A DNA stretch of 63,383 nt, counting the filler, from Octopus bimaculoides (taxonomy: Eukaryota), in the NCBI RefSeq assembly GCF_001194135.2. It is 4 parts of 3 records of this genome, joined end to end, with 100 filler letters (N's around TTAATTAATTAA, not from the genome) between each part and the next. Parts side by side here need not be neighbours in the genome. Positions count along the whole stretch, not along the records: positions 1 to 27,381 come from NC_068985.1; positions 27,482 to 53,841 come from NC_068985.1; 2 more parts are not named here. One strand, written 5' to 3'. This document shows, one piece after another, positions 25,800-38,940 of the stretch (its first letter is position 1; each line of letters begins with the position of its first letter). The position numbers and the translations under genes were made by a program. The notes under the pieces are model-generated. The model saw nothing but the letters and a program-made list of their open reading frames with translations. It searched no databases and was not told the origin of the DNA.

Positions 25800-26760
25800 C
25801 CTCTGAAGATGGTTTATAAAGAACAGTAACGGATCAACTATGAGTCACTACACGGGTGGAACCGGCAATGGTAGAGTATCAGGAACTAATGGAACGAACT
25901 ATTTGTGCGACAGGAGTTCTTCCCTTGAAGATTTCTACTACTGTCCGTTTACCACATAGCGCGGTTCCACTTGCAGTATCCATGCATGGATATCCCCAGT
26001 TCACCTCCGTAGTTTTGGACATTTTCAAAATTTCTGCATCTTCCTCTGTATGGTAGAGGATGGTTGCCACCAGCCAGGCCTCGTCGATTTCAAGGGGCAC
26101 TCTACCTATCCTTACTCTGACCGCACGTTTGCCATAGTAAGTTGGCAGTAGTGTCCACTCAGCAGATCTCAAGGCGACAGTGGAGTTTTTTTTTGTTTCG
26201 TTTTCGTTTACAAAGCGCACCCCACCGTGCCGAATTTCCGTCCTCCGGTGTGGAACGTGGTACAGTCCTTCACCTCTCTCAAACACTCCTCGACTACTTC
26301 CACCGCTGCTATTTCTACTTTCTCCGTTGCTATGTTTAACGTTCCGTAGATAATAGTTCCTTTCTCAGTATTCGCTATGACTTCCTTGGGAGGCGTCAGA
26401 CTAAGACAATCTGCTTCCTTCTTCAATAAGTCGTTATACTTCTTGAAATTCTTGTCTTTAATTTCTATTTCACAAACTTGCAGTAGCTCCGCTAACAGGC
26501 TTTTGCCAGTCACTGCAGTATAACTTCCCGCTTGCACTGGTCTCTTTTCGATATTATTTAACACTTCATCCATAAATGGGAAAGACAAATAAAAGTTCCA
26601 ACAAATTCAACAATAACAATGCAACAATTCAGGAAAAAAACAGGTTAACAATTACGGTACTCACATGGAGCGTACAAACTTTCAACTCAAATACAATGAC
26701 AACTCCTCACACTCAGCCAATAACGCTGAACTGCTGACAGTTCTTTATTTTATAGCAATG
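25800..26760 (-). mobile_element. Frameshifted gag/ORF1-like relic (probably L1/Tx1-type ORF1) with 5' leader
   Basis: Two overlapping ORFs (26208-26588, 25879-26286) join into one degenerate reading (MDEVLNNIEK...WTLLPTYYGKRAVRVRIGRVPLEIDEAWLVATIL); no splice structure; family assignment from memory. Confidence 0.5.
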
Positions 26761-27046
26761 TGTCACTCCACTTTTAGTCATGTAGGGGTGGTCGGAATAT
26801 TTCTACAACAGTATGCCATCAGGGTCCTTAACCGCCTCTGAATCTTTTGTATCATAAGCGTAGCTAGTGAATGTAGAGGAGTGTATGCATACATTTTACA
26901 AAATGAGATGTTTCGATAAAAGTGCAGCGAAATTCTGCGTAGTTTGGTTAAATGTAATGATAATATTCTCAATAACTTTAGTTAGTGAAGGTAAAATGGA
27001 ATATTTCGTTAAAATCGTTTAGTTTAAGCTTATTATTATTATTATA

Positions 27047-27085
<39 letters not shown>

Positions 27086-27226
27086 TTTTTTTTCTTCTTT
27101 CTTCAAATTTTTTCCCATTTCTCGCCGAGTGTTTTCCGTACACCTAGGGCAGAGAAACGTTGTATGCATTCCCAATTTACACACGCAAATTCATAGGTAA
27201 AACATGTATTTAAGAAAAAAAAAATC

Positions 27227-27317
27227 ATGAATGGATGTTGTTTTCACAGCGATAATGCTCTTCTTAGTACAAGAGTCGTTCCAGTTAGCACGACTTTTTG
27301 CACCTCCTGTAGAGATG
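27227..27317 (+). CDS. Probable first coding exon of the KCTD1/15-like gene (MNGCCFHSDNALLSTRVVPVSTTFCTSCRD, phase 1)
   Basis: AAAATC-ATG start context; strong donor GATG|GTAAGC at 27318; lies at the CpG-rich/CpG-poor boundary; LLSTRVVPVS..G loosely resembles the LTRSPVS..G segment preceding the BTB in vertebrate KCTD1/15 (from memory). Could instead be UTR or be read from ATG 27231. Confidence 0.45.
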
Positions 27318-27381
27318 GTAAGCCTGGTATCATTTTCAAATAGATTTCAGTACCTTTTTTTATCATTCCTAGAGATCCTAC

Positions 27382-27481
27382 NNNNNNNNNNNNNNNNNNN
27401 NNNNNNNNNNNNNNNNNNNNNNNNNTTAATTAATTAANNNNNNNNNNNNNNNNNNNNNNNNNNNNNNNNNNNNNNNNNNNN
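27382..27481. other. Assembly gap of unknown size with TTAATTAATTAA spacer (also 53842-53941 and 61856-61955)
   Basis: Identical 12-mer with stops in all six frames inside three gaps of exactly 100 nt. Confidence 0.95.
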
Positions 27482-27823
27482 TCTCACTAGAAATAAGGCA
27501 TCAGTAGTGCTTTTACCTGGCACGAACCCAAACTGCATCTCATCTAAATTGATTCGCTCCCTAATTAGTTGGGCTATGACCCTCTCTGTAACTTTCATAA
27601 CCTGATCTAACAGCTTGATGCCTCTGTAATTATTTGTATCTAAAGCGTCACCTTTACCTTTGTAGCAGTTGACTATGATGCTGCTACACCAGTCATTGGG
27701 TATGACTCCTTCGTGTATCACCTGGTTCGTAATACGGGTGACTAGGCTATAGCCAACACTGCCAGATATTTTGAGCATCTCTGCAGTGATTCCTGATGGG
27801 CCGGGGGCTTTCCCGGTCTTCAT
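27482..27823 (-). mobile_element. RTE-clade LINE reverse transcriptase fragment
   Basis: MKTGKAPGPSGITAEMLK...NDWCSSIIVNCYKGKGDALDTNNYRGIKLL...MQFGFVPGKSTTDALFLVR, canonical RT domains 0-2; runs into a gap. Confidence 0.95.
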
Positions 27824-29679
27824 ATATGCATATATGGGTACAGGATGTCACAAATCATAACCAACATGAAATACGAAATACAAAAACAACATGAAATATG
27901 AAGACAATTTTGATATGCGAACAACAAGAGAAACAAATGGAAAACAAGACAATTAACATATAAAATGAAATCAAATTTAGAATACAATAAGGTTGAGTAA
28001 ATTCATAGTATACAACTTCCATTAATAATGACTTGCTACACATTATCTAGTGTTGTTTGGACAATTTTGAAACATGTAATCACTGAACCATTTACACCTG
28101 AATTACCATCACTTTTGTTGGACTGACTTTATGAATTCAAATGGCTAAAATAAATTCATCAGAGATATGTTTTTCTTCAAATTTGAATCTGCATAGTTAC
28201 TGATCCAAGATGCTGATATACACCTAACCATTAATGTTTCAAAATCTGCTAAGTTTTTAAATTTGGATACTTTAACCACTAAAATTTGAAACCTTGTTTA
28301 TGCAGTACAGATTAATATACTAAAAAATAAAACTGCTTTTAGATACTATTTAAAATTTGTAACAGTAACATCTGCCCTCCATTTTTTTTTTTTTTTCCTT
28401 ATTGTTCTGTCTCTTCCTTTTGAATTTTCTTTCTTCTATTATATCAATTTCGTACAATAATTCAAATTTACTATTAATATATATATACTTTATTTATATT
28501 ATTCAACCATAAAATCCTAATAATCTTGGGAGACCATGAAGAATGTAGCTTATTAATAGTTAGATATGATCCCCACTGATGAAATGTGGATAATAAGGTA
28601 TTGTGTGATGTGATAAATGAAATAAAGAAGTTCTTAGTTTTTACAGAACTGCTATAAATGTGCAGAAGTATTTGGACCAGTGGTCCACTTTTTTTCTTTG
28701 GTAATAAAGAAAGACTTCAGTATGAAATGTTGTGTTTAAATTAAGATATACAGTCATCAGGATATATGCCTTATTTTTTTCATAAATTTTTATGAAAGAA
28801 TTCCAACAAAATTTCATTAAAATTTCATAGCATTAATGACAGTGATTTTTAGAGGATATTATATGATGGTTGTTGTTGTTATTGCTGCATAACCCCAAGT
28901 CAACAGTGATTGAATAAAACTATGGCATACAAGCAGTTGCAAACAATTTGGTGCAACCCACTAATTAGTGTGGGGATGGGGTGAGGTGGGGGTTACATAC
29001 CCCAGCTTAGTTGAGAACTGAACATTCCAACAGACATAGTGGGTAATAATGTGGACATGTTGCACTCTCAGTTATCTATTTTTTTTTAAAACTTAATTCA
29101 ACGTGAACAGAGGAAATGTAATCTATGAAGATTTTGTAATCCATGATTTTTGTATGTTTTAGCCCTTGGCATTCAATTTGCTGACCAAAGATATTCAGCT
29201 TTTCTAGTTGTCAATCTTTCACAAGTTCATACCTTAAGACATGCAGGTTACATTTAGGAGAACTCAGCAATACTCACTTTACAATAACAATCTGCTTGTA
29301 ATGCCCAGTTTGCAAGAAGTCCACTTTATGCAACGTTTGTCACCTGTTTTTAAAGATCGTGTGACAGATACAAACACCTTCTAATAGTTGAATTATGAAT
29401 TGCTGGCTTTTAATTAACAAAATGAAATAAGTTTATAAACATTGCAAAATATGAAATAAAAATGTGTAGGAGTATGTATGTACAACACACACTTGATTGT
29501 TATGAGATGTCATTTCAACTCTTGAATAAATTTTTAATAAATTTCTTTTGACTGGAAAGATTTTTCCAGGAAAGGTATAAGATGCATTACATCAAACTTA
29601 GACATTTACTGACACTGTCAAAATTCAAATCAAATACTATTATAGTGCACTGTTGTCTAATGTTTTGTATTTTTTGCAG

Positions 29680-29734
29680 CAGATGAGCACAGAAATTTGC
29701 TTGTACACAAATTTTCTCTCTATTTTTTTTAATG
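29680..29734 (+). other. Candidate cassette or non-coding exon inside the KCTD-like locus
   Basis: CTAAT branch at about 29657, T-tract, tandem CAGCAG acceptor and consensus donor ATG|GTAAGT at 29735; length 55 or 52 nt. Confidence 0.4.
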
Positions 29735-32700
29735 GTAAGTATGTGTATATCCATGTGAATAACCACCACTCAGATTTCTTCAATTAAAAAAGACTTTAAT
29801 TTCATCTTGGAAATCTTGTGTGTGCACTTTTTTTTTTTTTTACCTTTGTGCAGTAGTTGAAAATATGTGTGCACATGTAAGTACACATTTTTGAGAGGAC
29901 ACTGGTGTGTCTATGAGTAGAGCACTTTCAAATGTCCCAGGCCACTTTACTGCAAATAAGTACTGACTGGAGAGAGAACTTCTCACTCCTGATAATGTTA
30001 TCAGAGGTCTATTAATTTGGCAAGTGAGTCAATAAAGCTCGCAATACTGAATGCAATTCCTCATATAGTAAGAGCTGTCTGTGGCCAATTAGTTTCCTAT
30101 GTATGGGGAGAATTTTCTCAGACACCTGAAGCTCTGAAAACAGGAGTAAAATATCAGGCCTTGTGGATCATTCAGTCAGTATCAAAGGATGGAAAATACA
30201 AATTATTCAAATGTTGTCTCTTAGAGGGTGACTAATAGATGAAGGGGTAACAAATAGGCAGTAGATAGTCTTAACAAAAATATGGTATACGATACTGCTA
30301 AGATGAACCATTCTGAAATGATTACAAGCTTCAAAGCTGTTTGTCCTCTTAGACAATTTATTTCATGCCAGTACCATAATAAATACACTCAATCTATTCT
30401 TCAAGTGGTACCACATGAAAAGCATCCAGTCCACACTGTAAAGTAGTTGGCATTTGGAAGGGCATCCAGCTATAAAAATCATGGCAAATCTGGCCTCACC
30501 TATGCCAGTGCCACATAAAAAGCACTCAGTCCACTCTGTGGAGTGTTTGGTGTTAGGAAGGGCATCCAGCCATAAAAACTATGGTAAAACTGACACTGTA
30601 ACCTGGTGTAGTCTTCTACCTGGCTGACTCCTGTCAAACCATTCAAACCATACCAGCATGGAAGGTGGACGTTATATGATGAGGATGATGATAAGAACCC
30701 CAGCCACTTAATCATCATCTGAGTACCAGGTTGTTTTGCAATATCAACAGTTTCTTCAGGGTTTAATATATATATAATAAAAGCATTGATTACATAACCC
30801 AGTATTCTTCTCTTATTAATGCATTGAGTATAAATTATACTTTTGTTCCAAATTTCCAAGCCTCTACAGGCTCTCAACCTGCTAGAAATAGCAAAGTTCT
30901 TCAACTCACTCTACCACCTTAAAATAGGAAGGACACAGTGTTGACCAAAATACAGAAAAAGATGGGATAGTCAAGCCTGAAATTCTTTTTATTATATCTG
31001 TTCAGTCAGAGTTGACCTGGGGTTAAACAGTGACAACTTGGTACTCTCACTGCTGCTGTAGATGCATTTGATGGAAACCATGCTTAACTTTCTTTGGATT
31101 ATTATTAGTTGTTATTCTGGAACAATTTTCTTTTATAAGATATTGTTTAATTTGTTTAGATATATTAGGTTTATTTATATATTTATTTTTTCTGTTTAAC
31201 ATCATGGGAGTTGTCTGCTAGAGACTGTACTTGTGTTTATCAAATCCTTTTAGACTAAAGAGGAACAATTTCCATTGACATACTATTCTCAGAGAATATC
31301 AGTTATTACAATGTGAGCTTAATATTCCAAATAATAAAATATTTTTCTCCTCCTTTTGTTGACTTTTGATCTTGTTGCTGCTTACCAGCTGAAGGCCATG
31401 CTCTATTAGATTAAAAAAAAACACCCCACATATTGTCCATAATCATCATCAACAACAAACAATACACATGTTGGTATGAGTCAGCCTGGTTCTGTGTCAT
31501 CTCTTTTCAGAAGCACCTCATCCCCATCCCCAAATCTGACTTACCATATCTTCCCTTGTACTTTTTTTTTTTTTTGCCAAGGGTGCTTGAAACTGTTTAC
31601 AAATAGCAGATATGATTTTTTAGGTAAGAATTCATGCCTATGCTTCTCAGTAATTATATATGTAAATATATCATCATTATTCTCATATTAACATGACTTT
31701 TTTTTAAAAACTGGGTTTGACAATTGTGCATTACAGTGTAATACCTACCATCTCAATCCTGATTCATTTAAGTTCTAACAGAACTATTTTGTTAAACTAA
31801 ATATGAAATAAATACACTCTACTGAGAAATAACATCCAATCCACATGCCACGATTCCATCATCTTGCAACAACTTTAGTACTAAAAACGTTATTTCACAA
31901 AGTACAGAAAAATTTACTAATCTTTTTTCTGTTTTGTTCTATATGTCCCAAATAAATAGCTGTCCTGATTAATTAATGGAATCATCATCATCATCCTTTA
32001 AAGTCTGTTTTCCATGCTGGTATAGGTTGGAGGGTTTGACTGAGATGGCAAACCAGAGAGCTGCACCAGAGCAGTATGATATATATATATAGTTGAGAAA
32101 TTTTGTTATAGGTATAAATATACCATAAACAAGTATAAAAACATGTTGAATCAAAATTAGATTTAATACAAAATTGAATTCAATACATACGCATGTTTCG
32201 AAAGATAATACAAATATGTAAGAAAAAAATTATAATCATTGTAATTATAATTAAATTTATGCATTGTCATTCTCATCAGTGTGAGGAATTTTTGGAAGAA
32301 CATCAAAAAAGTTTAGTAGAATAAAATAAAATAAGGTACAATAAGGGAGAATACAGAAGGGGTAATATGGAAAAATCGAATATTTACAAACAAGTTGTAA
32401 AAGGGAAAAATAATAATAATAATAGTGAGAGAGACGAAAAAGATAAAGAAATACATATGAATGTGTATGCAAGTTTATATGAGGGATACATGGATTAATA
32501 TGAATATTTGAGTATACAAGTATGTATATATACAAAGACACATGTACATCTCTTTGTGGATAAGCATATATGTTACTACATTTATATATTGCTATATATA
32601 TGTATCTCCTGAAAGATAAAAATATCTATAAAAAATGCAACATCCTTGAGCATTCACAGGGATAGCACCATGCAGTTACATGCATGCATTTGATTACAGT

Positions 32701-33695
32701 ATCATAATGTAAATACAAATCTCCATGTTAGAAACAAATCAGAAAATCTTAATAAATATCCATGGCAACATTGTCTCCTCAGTCCTGACAAAAATATCCA
32801 GTTTAAAATTTTACAATAGAAATCTAACAATGCCATCACCAATTCAACCTCAATCTGCCCTGTGCTGTGTGACAACTGATTTATCAACTAACAGTCTTTA
32901 TGAACCCTGAAACAACTGAAACCAACTTCCTATACAAAGAATTCTATGCCTGAGTGAACTCTAATCAATAACAAAATTCTCACATCAAAATAAAATTCAC
33001 TATCAAATCAAAATAAATCTCACTATAACTTTCAACTCACTCCCTACAAACACATATTTTTCTCTTACCCTCCTCTATTCCTGCTTTCCTACACAACTGC
33101 TTCCTCGGTCTATCTGCACCACACCTAATCATTATTCATATAGCTTAAGCTAACTAAAAAAAACAACTTGCGAAAACTATGCATGTGTGCAAGGTGGTGG
33201 AGTGCATGTGGTCGTGTATGAACATTGGCTTGTTTTCTCTTGAATTATCAGTTGTTTGAATACATTTTGAAATATTATATGAAATCTACCAAGAAAATAT
33301 TTGCATTTCAAAAATTCATGCAAGTCATGCATGTAAAAGTGGCATTTTCTAGCTCATACTTTTTGTTTAATCTGTGAAAATACTTGAAATGTTTATTTCT
33401 TACTTCATTATTGCATCCAGCTTTTAAATCTCATACAAGGGAGGTAATTCTAAGAACTATCATAATTATGTTGTTGTTTAAGCCAGATTTCAAAAATTGC
33501 TCTTGAAAACACTTCAAACACAATGTTTTTTTTTTCGCCCTGAATCAGTTCAACAGCCAAGGTGGTTAGTACTTACACAAAAGATACTTAGCTCCATGCT
33601 TACAAGCTGCTAACACTTCAGTTCTATTGTTCAGACAGTTGCTTCCTTGAAACAAAATTCTTAATTTTTCTTTCAAATAAAGGTCACATGTACGC

Positions 33696-33777
<82 letters not shown>

Positions 33778-34166
33778 ACTTGTTTGGCAAGTGACTTGCT
33801 CTGAAACTGTGTTGAAGCTGAAACAATCATATCATGGAAGAATCATTTTAGCTATTTAACAATTCCTTAAAAATTTTTTTCTTTTCTTTTTCTAACATGC
33901 TGTTAGAGAAACAACAAATACTACTACTTTTGGTCTATTTCTTCATTTGGTCTATTTCTTCTACTACTTTGGTCTATTTCACTACTCTTCTGTGATATGA
34001 TCATTAATGTGTTTCCACTGTGGAAATCAGTCACTGGCAAGTTTTTATAAGCTTCTCAGCATATGGTCTTTTCCTTTTTTGTTTTCTTCCTCTTTTGTTT
34101 TCTTTTCTTAATTACTTTCATGTCAGTTTTATATATATTCTTTAATGTGTTGGCTATTATTTTCTA

Positions 34167-35157
34167 CTAGCTGACCCCCTGCTATCAAAAATGATGACTA
34201 ATTGTAGTATTTTATATATAAATAAGGTACAAAACCAAGTTTTTAGTTTAATAATTCTTTTATTACCAAATTTATAATATACTTTTCAACCACAGTCCTT
34301 TTATATTCTTGATACACTCGGGCAATAAATATTTTCTCTCATGAGTTTGTATATGTTTGTGTAGGTGTGTGTGGTAAGTAGCTTGCTTACCAACTACATG
34401 GTTCTGGGTTCAGTCCCACTATGTGGCACCTTGGGCAAGTGTCTTCTACTATAGCCACAGGCTGACCAAAGCCTTGTGAGTGGATTTGGTAGATGGAAAC
34501 TGAAAGAAGCCCATCATATATGTGTGTGTGTGTTTGTGTGTCCGTCTTTGTCCACCTACCATCACTTGACAGCTGATGTTGATATGTTTACGTCCCTGTA
34601 ACTTAACAGTTTGGCAAAAGAGACCGATAGAATAAGTCCTGGGGTCGATTTGTTTGACTAAAGGCGGTGCTCCAGCATGGCTGCAGTCAAATGACTGAAA
34701 ACAAATGAAAGGAAAAAAAAGATAGAATATGGATGGTAAATCAAGTTAATACACTTGTCAATGTTATCTTTTGAGATGTGACATCGATCATTGTTTGTTA
34801 CTGAAAGAACGCTTGCTCACACATACATTCACATACTTCCCTTGTACACGCACACACACATACACAGAGTTGAAACACTGTTTGATTTTTCTTTTCAGCA
34901 TTGAATGTTCACCATCCCACTTCCATTGCACACACATACACACACTCGCACACAAATATTCACACACCTCCCTTTTGCATACACATATATTCACAGTGTT
35001 GAAATGGTGCTTGTTTTGTTTTGTTTTTTTCACTGTACGAATTCTATCATCCCACTACCCCTTGCCATCAACCCTTCATTCCTTATTCATTTATCACCCC
35101 CTTTCTTTCTCATTCATATGTTGGGACGGAGAAAAACACGAATATTATTATAGTAGA
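34167..35157 (-). mobile_element. Non-autonomous Helitron copy 1, with a nested SINE
   Basis: Minus strand starts TCTACTATAATAA and ends hairpin (CATCA-TTTT-TGAT) about 12 nt before CAGCTAG|T; shares its interior with copies 2 and 3. Confidence 0.8.
34360..34725 (+). mobile_element. tRNA-SINE family A, CpG-decayed, nested in Helitron copy 1
   Basis: gtggtaagtagcttgcttaccaac.acatggttctgggttcagtcccact...ttgggcaagtgtcttctactatagcc; same family as 59275-59659. Confidence 0.85.
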
Positions 35158-35564
35158 CTAGCTGACCTTGTGCCATCAAAAATGATGTCTAATTGTAGTA
35201 TTTTATATATAAATAAGGTACAAAATAATCTCAGATACAAACATTCACATACTTCCCTTGTACATGCACTCACATACACACATATACTCACACAGAGTTG
35301 AAATTCTGTTTGATTTTTCTTTTCAGCGTTGAATGTTCACCATCCCACTTTTATTGCACACACACACATACACACACATTCACGTGACTCCCTTTTAATT
35401 ACACACACATATACTCATGCAGAACTGAAACGCTGTTTGATTTGTTTCTCATTGTAGAACTTCCATCATCCCACTACCAAGATTGCCATCACCCCTTCCT
35501 TCCTTATTCATCTATCACCCCTTCCTTGTAATGGAGAAATACACAAGAGTATTATTACAGTAGA
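35158..35564 (-). mobile_element. Non-autonomous Helitron copy 2, head-to-tail with copy 1
   Basis: A|TCTACTG... 5' end at 35564; CATCA-TTTT-TGATG hairpin and CTAG end at 35158, directly abutting the TC of copy 1. Confidence 0.8.
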
Positions 35565-36599
35565 TTGTTGTTGAAATGTAGACTTGTGGATATACAATGT
35601 TGTTACTGTTTGAACATTTGACATATGAGCATTTAATTACTTTCAGTAAATTTATTTACTTAATTCCATTATTATCATAATTGCCTTTCTTCAACAAAAA
35701 GTATCTGCTAATAGTATTTTTTCTTCTTTCAAAACCAGCCCCAATGAAAAAGCATACTAGTAATAAATACTTTTTCTGGAGAAAAAGATGGAAGATTAAT
35801 GTTAGTGAATATAATTAACAAATCATCATTATTTAATGTCCTCTCTCCATACTGGCATGTGTTAAACAGTTTGACAGGAACTGGCAAGTCAGAAGACAGT
35901 GCCAAGTTCTACTGTCTACTTTGGCATGGTTTTTATGGCTAGATGCCCTTCCTAACACCAACCACTTAACATAGTGTGTTGGGTACTTTTTATGTGGCAC
36001 CAGCAGCAGTGAGGTCACCAAGTAATTTGCAGGTCAAGACCCCTCAAATAATCAGTGAGTAGTATTAAGGGAGATGGCTTTGTGCCAGGTGGTGAGAAGT
36101 CAGTGTAGGAATAGAGGGACAGAAATAGATGTGTTGCAGTAGACAAGAGAGAAAATCGTGAAGTTTTGGCAGGATGTATGCCCAAGTTACAAGGAGGTAT
36201 ATATAGTGATGTAGATGAGGGATTTGATGGAGTAAGTGGGTGTACAAGTTCACAAGCTTGTAAAAGGAGAGTGGGAAATGGGGGGAGGGGTATGTGATGA
36301 GTAGAGAAAGAGAGCAGGAGGGGGAGTTAGGAAAATATGTTGTGGAGAAAAGATTTGACAGCGGCACTGTTACGTGCAGGTAGGCTCATGAGCATGAGTG
36401 AGAAGGGGGTGCAGTACAGCAAGTGGTGAACATGGGTGGGGAGAGGGGGGAAGTGTTAGAAAGATGAGATGTGAGGGAGAGGATTGTCAGGGATAGATTG
36501 TGTGCAGTGGCATGTGGGGAGATTTGTCAGGGATAGATTATGTGCAGAAGCAGGGACATAAATGACATGCCTTTATGGCCTCAATAACTTGATGGCTCA

Positions 36600-36835
36600 G
36601 CACAGCAAATTGCTAATTGTATTGGTTCTCTGTGAGGTTCAACATCTCAAGATCAATTTTCACCACTTCATCCCATGTTTTTTTAGATCTTCATCTTCCA
36701 CAGGTTCCCTCCTCATTTAGAGATCAGCACTGCTTTGTGTAGCTGTCTTCATCCATATGTATCACATGGCCATACCAGCACAAACTTCTCTCTTGCACAC
36801 TGCATCTGATGCCTCTTATTACCCAATTTTTCTAT
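36600..36835 (-). mobile_element. Decayed RTE LINE 3' coding end
   Basis: Degenerate version of the RTE C-terminal ..RRLRWYGHV.RM...GRPRKTW motif (gtgctggtatggccatgtgatac on the minus strand). Confidence 0.6.
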
Positions 36836-38654
36836 ATAGGTAGAGAGAATTAACTCTAAAACTGACAAGGTCTAATATATCAAAAATTCAAACAACTTTA
36901 GACTTACAAGTCAACAACAAAAATCACTAATCAACACATAAAAGAACACATATTAAACTAACATGTTTTAAATTTGAAGATAAATGAGAACGGAAACAAA
37001 GGAGAGGAATGTAACACATGAGAGAAAAGAAAAGAAAAGAGAATAAAAAGAAAAGTATGTAGCAAGGAAAGTCACCCAGCACCATGGAGCTTAAAAGAAC
37101 ATATCTGTAACTGGTGCAATTTCATTGTCATTGCATCAGTGATTAGGTCACAGAATTGTGACAAAGTATTTTAATATATCCTAATAGTCTGTATAATGAA
37201 GAAATAAATGAAAAGAGGATACAACAATTTCTGAATATTTTTAGACAGTTAAAATGACTCTTCAGTTATGTAATTATTAGACATATATGAATATGTACAT
37301 ACACATATGCACACACAGTTGAAAAGTTTTCTAATAGCTATATAACTATATATAGAAGGATATTAGACATGTATTTAACTTTTTAACATTCAGCAGTCTT
37401 TTTTTTCTAGGTCATTCAAATAGACTCCTCACATCACATTTTATACTGTGTATATGGTGTTAAGAAGATGATCAAGGATTGATTAATTTTTTTCAGTTGT
37501 TTATCATCAATATCTTAACACCTGTTTTTAATGCTTGCAATTAGCTCAGTGAATCCATTTGATGAAAAATCAGTTTCAACCACCCAAATACCAAAAACTA
37601 TAACTCTTTGGTGTACTAGGACTGATAGTTCTAGTACACTACAAAACTCACCAGAAATGGCAGGAAATTGAGAGAGAGAAAGAAAGAGGCTAAAACATTT
37701 GATTGCTTATATAGAATTTGAGTAAATGTTATTTTGAAAACTATACTAATGTCTATATTATTTACATTGTACTTCAAAGATAACCTAAATAAATGTTTTC
37801 AAAAGATTGTCCAGATGTTCTCTGGACTATTAGAAAATATTGATTTTGTTGACTGTAAAATGTGTTTCTTCTGTGGGATTCTAGGTTATGTCTTTTATGT
37901 AGCAGTCAGTTACAAATAACATGTAATAAGAACATTTCTACATTGATTAAACCTTACGTGGACAATTTATAAAAGCCTTTCAAAATATATTTAGTTATTA
38001 GAATTTAAGATTTTAAAAAAATTGCACATCTTTTGCCTCACAAATTTATGACCGAATTAGATAGAATAAGTATAGGATAAGGTCTAAAATTGTGCTATTA
38101 TAAAGTATTGTTCCAATATTTTGATTAATGTAACTGATTTTGTTGTTGGCATTCTGAATTAAATACTGGCCCTTTAAATAATTTCCAATTTTTGCAAACT
38201 GCTCTAATTTGTGCCACATCTATTAATTCCTTTGTTGTTACTAGGTTCATTAGAAATTCTATTTACCCTCAAAACTTCTATATTCTAACCTCAAACAAAA
38301 TTGTCTCTCTGTATTCTGGTGTCCATTCATTATTTCTCTCCTCTTACAGCACTATATTCAGTTCTCACAGTTATTTTCCTCTATCATATTATCAATCTTA
38401 AGCCACTCTCAAGCAATTTATTCTAGTCCATTACTATCCTATGTCACTCCCTCTAACCCCTACCATCAGCTATACAAAATGAACCTCATGAAGCCATATT
38501 CCCAACCCTTTCACACAGGAAGACCACAGGAAAAATAACCATGTTAACAAAATTTGACTTTTAGCAGTGAGCCATTGAAATATTTCCTGTCTAAACCTAC
38601 AGAATGTAACTACTGCGATCGGAAATAAATATTTTATGTCTAATATTAGTCTAT

Positions 38655-38940
38655 ATTTTTGAGATGAGGAATTATGTACATTATTTACAATGGATGGATA
38701 GGTATCCTCATCTTGTTTGTTGTTATCAAAACCTTTCGGCTGATGTACTCTCCAGCCTTCATCAGGTGTTCTGGTGGAATTTCAAACCCAACCCTTTATT
38801 TGAATAATGGAGTACACTGTTCTCATTCCTAAGGTATGTTGCTGATGTTATTTTTCTGTTGATATTTTTCAAGTCCCTGCCTGGGATTGAACTTAAAATC
38901 CAAGGGTTAGTAGCCCGTGCTTTTATCCACTATGCTATCC
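38655..38940 (-). mobile_element. Full-length decayed copy of the hammerhead-bearing SINE
   Basis: Minus strand: tRNA-like head, AACAC-CTGATGA-A-GGCTGG..CAGCC-GAAAG-GTT (C15.2 mutated), tail ...caagatgaggatac...aatgtacataattcctcatctc. Confidence 0.8.

Noticed and set aside
25805-25830. Other CTGA[AT]GA words (25805, 24967, 28577, 46115, 56308) as hammerheads
   Set aside because: No stem II followed by GAAA downstream.
26780-27000. SILPSLTKVIENII on the minus strand, RT-like
   Set aside because: Too degenerate (stops, one short motif) to call beyond a possible old LINE scrap.
27306-27345. CRDGKPGIIFK read-through resembling the BTB DRDG..FR motif
   Set aside because: Lacks the upstream BTB sequence and stops immediately; better explained as exon end plus donor.
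27426-27437. TTAATTAATTAA recurring three times (27426, 53886, 61900), a possible homeobox-site cluster or element end
   Set aside because: Always inside a 100-nt N block; an assembler spacer with six-frame stops.
30017-30235. 72-aa ORF MASESIKLAILNAIPHIV...
   Set aside because: No recognisable motif, TTG start, no splice sites; possibly an old TE.
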